Assembly (NCBI RefSeq): GCF_001457615.1
Contig: NZ_LN831024.1
Span: 4,080,001 to 4,112,000 of the forward strand
From: Pseudomonas aeruginosa
Lineage (GTDB): Bacteria; Pseudomonadota; Gammaproteobacteria; Pseudomonadales; Pseudomonadaceae
Reading direction: 5' to 3'
Length of the DNA: 32,000 nucleotides
Within the stretch, counting starts at the first letter, position 1. The number at the start of each line of letters is the position of its first letter. The notes beneath the pieces were generated by a model, which searched no databases, had not been told where the DNA came from, and saw only the letters and a list, made by a program, of their open reading frames with translations. Position numbers and translations under genes: made by a program. Positions 28,250 through 32,000 of the stretch are shown here, piece after piece.

Positions 28250-29104
28250 ATGTCGTCCGCCCAACTGCTGACCGCGCAACAACTGGCCGCCCGCCTCAGC
28301 GAACCCGACCTGCTGGTCCTCGACTGCCGTTTCGCCCTCGAAGACCCGTCCTACGGTGCCCGCGTCTATCAGGAGAACCACATTCCCGGCGCGCATTTCG
28401 CCGACCTCGAACGGGATCTTTCCGCTCCCGTGCGCAAGGGCGTGACCGGTCGCCATCCGCTGCCGGATCCCGCCGAGCTAGCGCTCAAGCTACAAGCCTG
28501 GGGCCTGCGCCAGGATAGCCAGGTGGTGCTCTACGACGACGGCCCCGGCGCATTCGCCGCCCGCGCCTGGTGGCTGTTGCATTGGCTGGGCAAGCGCGAT
28601 GGGGTCTACCTCCTCGATGGCGGCCTGGCGGCCTGGAAGGCTGCGGGGCTGGCACTGACCAATGGCGAAAGCAGTCTTCGACCCGGCGATTTCCAGGGCC
28701 AGCCCGATGCCTCGCTGCTGATCGACGCCGCCACCCTCCAGGCCCAACTGGGCCAACCCGGACTGGCGCTGCTCGATGCTCGCGCGCAGCCGCGCTTCCG
28801 TGGCGAAGTCGAGCCCATAGATCCGGTCGCCGGGCACATTCCCGGTGCCCAGTGCGCCGCCTTCACCGACAACCTTGGCAGCGACGGCCGCTTCCTTCCG
28901 CCGGAACAATTGCACCAGCGGTTCTCCGCCCTGTTGCGCGGTCGCCCGGTGGACGAGCTGGTCGCCTACTGCGGCTCCGGCGTCACCGCCTGCCACAACC
29001 TGTTCGCCCTGAGCCTCGCCGGCTTCCCGCTTCCGCGCCTCTACGCCGGCTCGTGGAGCGAGTGGATCACCGACCCGCGCCGCCCGGTCGCCACCGGCGA
29101 CTGA
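28250..29104 (+). CDS. 3-mercaptopyruvate/thiosulfate sulfurtransferase (two rhodanese domains)
   Basis: 284 aa from ATG 28250 MSSAQLLTAQQLAARLSEPDLLVLDCRF...; active-site loop CGSGVTACHN typical of MST enzymes. Confidence 0.93.
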   Translation: MSSAQLLTAQQLAARLSEPDLLVLDCRFALEDPSYGARVYQENHIPGAHFADLERDLSAPVRKGVTGRHPLPDPAELALKLQAWGLRQDSQVVLYDDGPGAFAARAWWLLHWLGKRDGVYLLDGGLAAWKAAGLALTNGESSLRPGDFQGQPDASLLIDAATLQAQLGQPGLALLDARAQPRFRGEVEPIDPVAGHIPGAQCAAFTDNLGSDGRFLPPEQLHQRFSALLRGRPVDELVAYCGSGVTACHNLFALSLAGFPLPRLYAGSWSEWITDPRRPVATGD

Positions 29105-29125
29105 CGCCATACGCTCGGACGCGGC

Positions 29126-29965
29126 TTACGCCGCGTCGGGCAGCTTCCTGAAGTAGTCGAGCAACTCCTTCTGCAACGCCTCGTTGCGGAACAGCCCGAA
29201 ATGCCCGACTGCCCCCTCGGCCCGTCCCTTGCGACGCAACTCCAGGTGCGCCGCGGCATAGACCTGGTGAAGCTTTTCCGCCGCAGCCCACGGCACGTAG
29301 TCGTCGTCCTCGAACAGGAAGCTGGCGACGGGGATGTCCAGCGCCTCGTAACCCTGCCGCTGCAATCCGAAGCGCGGTGCCAGGAGGTAGTCCGGCTGCC
29401 GCACCCAGCGCGCCCAGTCGCGCATGAAATGACTCGGCATATCCAGGCTGCCGAGGCCGAAGAAACGACTGGGAAAGCGTCGGAGCAGTCCGGTCAGTAG
29501 CGGCACCGCTACGCAGAACAGGCCGAACATCTGCCAGCGCTGCCTGCCTCGCCAGCGCCTCCAGTACGGAAACGAACCGGCGACGAACGCGGCGCCGCTC
29601 AATCCGCTGGCCTGACCAGCCAGACCGAGCAACTGCGCGCCGATGCTGTGGCCGACGAAATAGCGCGGTAGCTCCGGCGCGCGCGCTCGGCACCAGGCCA
29701 GCGCCGCATCGATGTCCTCGCGTCCCCAGTCGGCCAGGCGATAGCTAGCCACGGCAGGGTCGTCGCCTTCGCTGCCGCGGTAGCTGAACAACAGCACCTC
29801 GTAGCCGGAAGCCGCGGCCAGGACGGCGAAGCGCTGGTAGAAGGCGCGCCTGACGCCGAGCGCGCAGGCCACCACGATGCTCCCCTGCGCATCGCCGACG
29901 GCCGGGAAGTGGTCGCCGGCCAGGCGCACACCGTCACGGCAGGCGATCTCCACTGCGGTACTCAT
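29126..29965 (-). CDS. Alpha/beta hydrolase
   Basis: 279 aa MSTAVEIACRDGVRLAGDHFPAVG...; YFVGHSIGAQLLGL (GHSxG nucleophile elbow). ORF track N-terminus is extended. Confidence 0.85.
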   Translation of the reverse strand: MSTAVEIACRDGVRLAGDHFPAVGDAQGSIVVACALGVRRAFYQRFAVLAAASGYEVLLFSYRGSEGDDPAVASYRLADWGREDIDAALAWCRARAPELPRYFVGHSIGAQLLGLAGQASGLSGAAFVAGSFPYWRRWRGRQRWQMFGLFCVAVPLLTGLLRRFPSRFFGLGSLDMPSHFMRDWARWVRQPDYLLAPRFGLQRQGYEALDIPVASFLFEDDDYVPWAAAEKLHQVYAAAHLELRRKGRAEGAVGHFGLFRNEALQKELLDYFRKLPDAA

Positions 29966-30045
29966 TCGCGCTCTCCTTTGCCGTGTGGGTTCGAGCAGCC
30001 GTGACGGACGCAATGCTCGACGGATCGCCAGGCGTGCTAGCATGA

Positions 30046-30062
30046 ACATACCGACGGTATGT
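30046..30062. promoter_or_regulatory. Candidate TetR-family operator ACATACCG-A-CGGTATGT
   Basis: Perfect 17-bp palindrome between divergent hydrolase and TetR genes, 15 bp upstream of the TetR ATG. Confidence 0.8.
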
Positions 30063-30076
30063 AAGAAGGCAACAGT

Positions 30077-30670
30077 ATGAATGTCAAGAGCAGGCAGCAG
30101 GAAAATGCCGAGGCGACCCGCGAGGCACTGCTGGAAAGCGCCCTCTCCGCCTTCATCGAACATGGCTATGGCGGAGTCTCCATCGACGCCATCGCCCGCG
30201 AGGCGCGCGTGACCAAGGGCGCGTTCTACCACCACTTCGGCAGCAAGCAGGAACTGCTCGCCGAATGCTACGAACGCCAGGTACGGACGATCGCCGAGGA
30301 CCTGGACAGGGTGCCGGCGCATGTCGACAAGTGGGCGGAGGCCGCCGCACTGGCCGAGGCCTTCATCGACAGCGTGATGGCGCGCGGCAAGCGGCAACTG
30401 TCGCTGCAGGAGGTGATCACGGTCGTCGGCTGGGAGCGATGGAAACGCATCGACTCGCGCCACACGCTGCGCTACGTCGGGCGCCTGGTGGACGAACTGG
30501 CGGCCAGTGGCGAACTCAAGGACTACCGCCGGGAAACCCTGGTCGGCCAGCTCTACGGCTTCCTTACCCAGGCCGCGATGAGTCTTCGCGATGCACGCAA
30601 CAAGCGGCAAGCGGCCAATGAAGTGAAAGCCATCATCCGCGACTTCCTCTACAGCCTGCGCAGGGGCTGA
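30077..30670 (+). CDS. TetR/AcrR family transcriptional regulator
   Basis: 197 aa; ALLESALSAFIEHGYGGVSIDAIAREARVTKGAFYHHFGSKQELL. Confidence 0.94.
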   Translation: MNVKSRQQENAEATREALLESALSAFIEHGYGGVSIDAIAREARVTKGAFYHHFGSKQELLAECYERQVRTIAEDLDRVPAHVDKWAEAAALAEAFIDSVMARGKRQLSLQEVITVVGWERWKRIDSRHTLRYVGRLVDELAASGELKDYRRETLVGQLYGFLTQAAMSLRDARNKRQAANEVKAIIRDFLYSLRRG

Positions 30671-30891
30671 GAATGCCGCCCAGCACAAGCGAAGCAAGGA
30701 CGCGCCGGTTTAATTTCCAGCGGGCATATCAGCTGTTCTCTAAAGCTGGAAACAATTTAAAAACAGTCCTTTACAGCTGACTTGTTTCACTACACTTCAA
30801 ATCAAGCGGCTAAGTCCGCTATCGGCGGGGCCATCGGAATAGAAGCTGCCAAACTGCCCGGCCCCGCCGATCCACCTTGCGCGAGGCCGTC

Positions 30892-31371
30892 ATGGGTATT
30901 TCCGCCAACGATCTTTGCCAGCACGTGATACGCCCGACCCTGGACTACCTGTCCTGCCACAGCCCCGCCGCCGAAGCGCTGCTGCTGGGCGCGGCGGCCT
31001 GCCAGTCGGCGCTGGGGAGCGCCCTCGACGACCGCCGTGGCCACGGCCTGTACCGGATCGCCAGCGAACGCCACCAGCAGCTCTGGGACCAATACCTGGC
31101 GCTGGACCCGGAGCGCGCCAGCCGGGTCCGCGGCCTGGCCAGCCAGCATGCCTTCCTCGCCGCGCCGCACCTGGAACTGACGGTGAACCTGCGCTACAGC
31201 ACGGCCATCGCCTGGTCGCTGGTGGAAGCCGCGCGACTGCCACTGCCCGACCAGCACGACCACCTCGCCCAGGCTCGCGTGTGGCGCCAGGTATTCCAGC
31301 CGCACGGTCGCCTGCACGAGTTCATCGACGCCTGGCAACGCTGCATCGGCAGCCTCAGCCAGGTCGCCTGA
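30892..31371 (+). CDS. Small hypothetical protein, resembles a phage-encoded accessory family
   Basis: 159 aa MGISANDLCQHVIRPTLDYLSCHSPAAEALLLGAAACQSALGSALDDRRGHGLYRIASERHQQLWDQYLA...; family resemblance is from memory only. Confidence 0.7.
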   Translation: MGISANDLCQHVIRPTLDYLSCHSPAAEALLLGAAACQSALGSALDDRRGHGLYRIASERHQQLWDQYLALDPERASRVRGLASQHAFLAAPHLELTVNLRYSTAIAWSLVEAARLPLPDQHDHLAQARVWRQVFQPHGRLHEFIDAWQRCIGSLSQVA

Positions 31372-31486
31372 CGGCGAATGGAAAAATCCCGCGTCCGAAA
31401 CAGACCAACCGGTCAGAAAATTTTTTACATACAGACACGAACGGTTGCGCTACCTTCGCTTCACTGGCACCGGAGCCAACCGCTCT

Positions 31487-31505
31487 GTTCCGCACCCTGC
31501 GGAAC
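31487..31505. repeat. Perfect inverted repeat GTTCCGCA-CCC-TGCGGAAC in the fadL upstream region
   Basis: 8-bp perfect arms, 3-nt loop, 72 bp upstream of the fadL ATG. Confidence 0.6.
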
Positions 31506-31576
31506 TTCGGAACACTGGCGCCGGTCTGGGAATCTTGGTAGTTTGCGCGCCGTTATACACAGGAGTTGCTCCAACA

Positions 31577-32000
31577 ATGAAAACAATATGGTTTAAAACC
31601 TCTCTCGCACTGACCATTAGCGCTGTCTCCACCTACACCCTCGCCAACGGCATCGCCATCAACGAACAGAGCGCCAGCGGCGCCGGCACCGCCTACGCCG
31701 GCCGCGCCTCGTCCGCGCTCGATGCCAGCACCATCTACGGCAACCCGGCCGGCCTGTCCAAGCTGAAACGCACCGAAGTCAGCGGCGGTCTGGCCATCGT
31801 CAAGGCCAAGGACGACATCAGCCAGGCCCACAGCACCGCCCAGGGCAGCAACAAGGGCGACTCGGTACCGCTGGCCGCCGTACCGTTCGGCTACTTCTCC
31901 ACGCCGATCAACGAAGATTTCACTTTCGGCCTGGGCATCTACGTGCCCTACGGCATCATCAACGATTACGAAAACGGCTTCATGGGCAGCTCCCACGGCT
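31577..32000 (+). CDS. fadL: FadL-family outer membrane fatty-acid/oxylipin transporter, 5' part (runs off window)
   Basis: ATG 31577 after AGGAG; MKTIWFKTSLALTISAVSTYTLANGIAINEQSASGAGTAYAGRASSALDASTIYGNPAGLSKLKRTEVSGG, the FadL/OMPP1 N-terminal NPAG motif. Missing from the supplied ORF track. Confidence 0.93.
   Translation, partial: MKTIWFKTSLALTISAVSTYTLANGIAINEQSASGAGTAYAGRASSALDASTIYGNPAGLSKLKRTEVSGGLAIVKAKDDISQAHSTAQGSNKGDSVPLAAVPFGYFSTPINEDFTFGLGIYVPYGIINDYENGFMGSSHG

Noticed and set aside
26762-28456. 564-aa minus-strand ORF across the SMP-30 gene and intergenic region
   Set aside because: Shadow of the SMP-30-like gene continued by chance; the terminator at ~27.97 kb on this strand also argues against it as one coding transcript.

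Overview
This 32 kb window closely resembles a Pseudomonas aeruginosa-type core chromosome (very high GC, dense operons). In order it holds: the cyo cytochrome bo3 ubiquinol oxidase operon (start of cyoE, then cyoD, C, B, A, minus strand); a DHA2-type MFS transporter divergent from a TetR regulator; a SnoaL/DUF4440-like protein plus a second MFS transporter divergent from a LysR regulator; the phosphonate pair phnW/phnX with a divergent LysR regulator; a small-gene cluster (DUF2937-like, class II glutamine amidotransferase, HIT protein, membrane protein); an S9 oligopeptidase B-like protease and a small type I signal peptidase; an iron/heme cell-surface signalling operon (ECF sigma, FecR-like anti-sigma, TonB receptor with STN domain; hxuI-hxuR-hxuA-like); a YcgN-like Cys-rich protein; an RcnR/FrmR-type repressor divergent from a His/Asp-rich CDF metal exporter; a 2-hydroxyacid dehydrogenase; ycgL-like and rnd; an SMP-30-like protein; an MST-type sulfurtransferase; an alpha/beta hydrolase divergent from a TetR regulator; a small orphan protein; and the 5' part of a FadL-family outer membrane protein. 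I see no CRISPR array, transposon, integrase, rRNA/tRNA or recognisable defence system. The best second-look items are non-coding or small features: a minus-strand intrinsic terminator with no gene feeding it at ~27.96-28.00 kb (candidate sRNA), a 14-codon ORF overlapping the cyoA start codon, two Fur-like palindromes in the hxu locus, a clear RcnR/DmeR-type operator, three perfect palindromes between divergent regulator/target pairs, metal-ligand-rich tails on Cyo subunits, and an orphan protein resembling a phage-encoded family. Nothing here lets me claim a wholly new multi-gene system.
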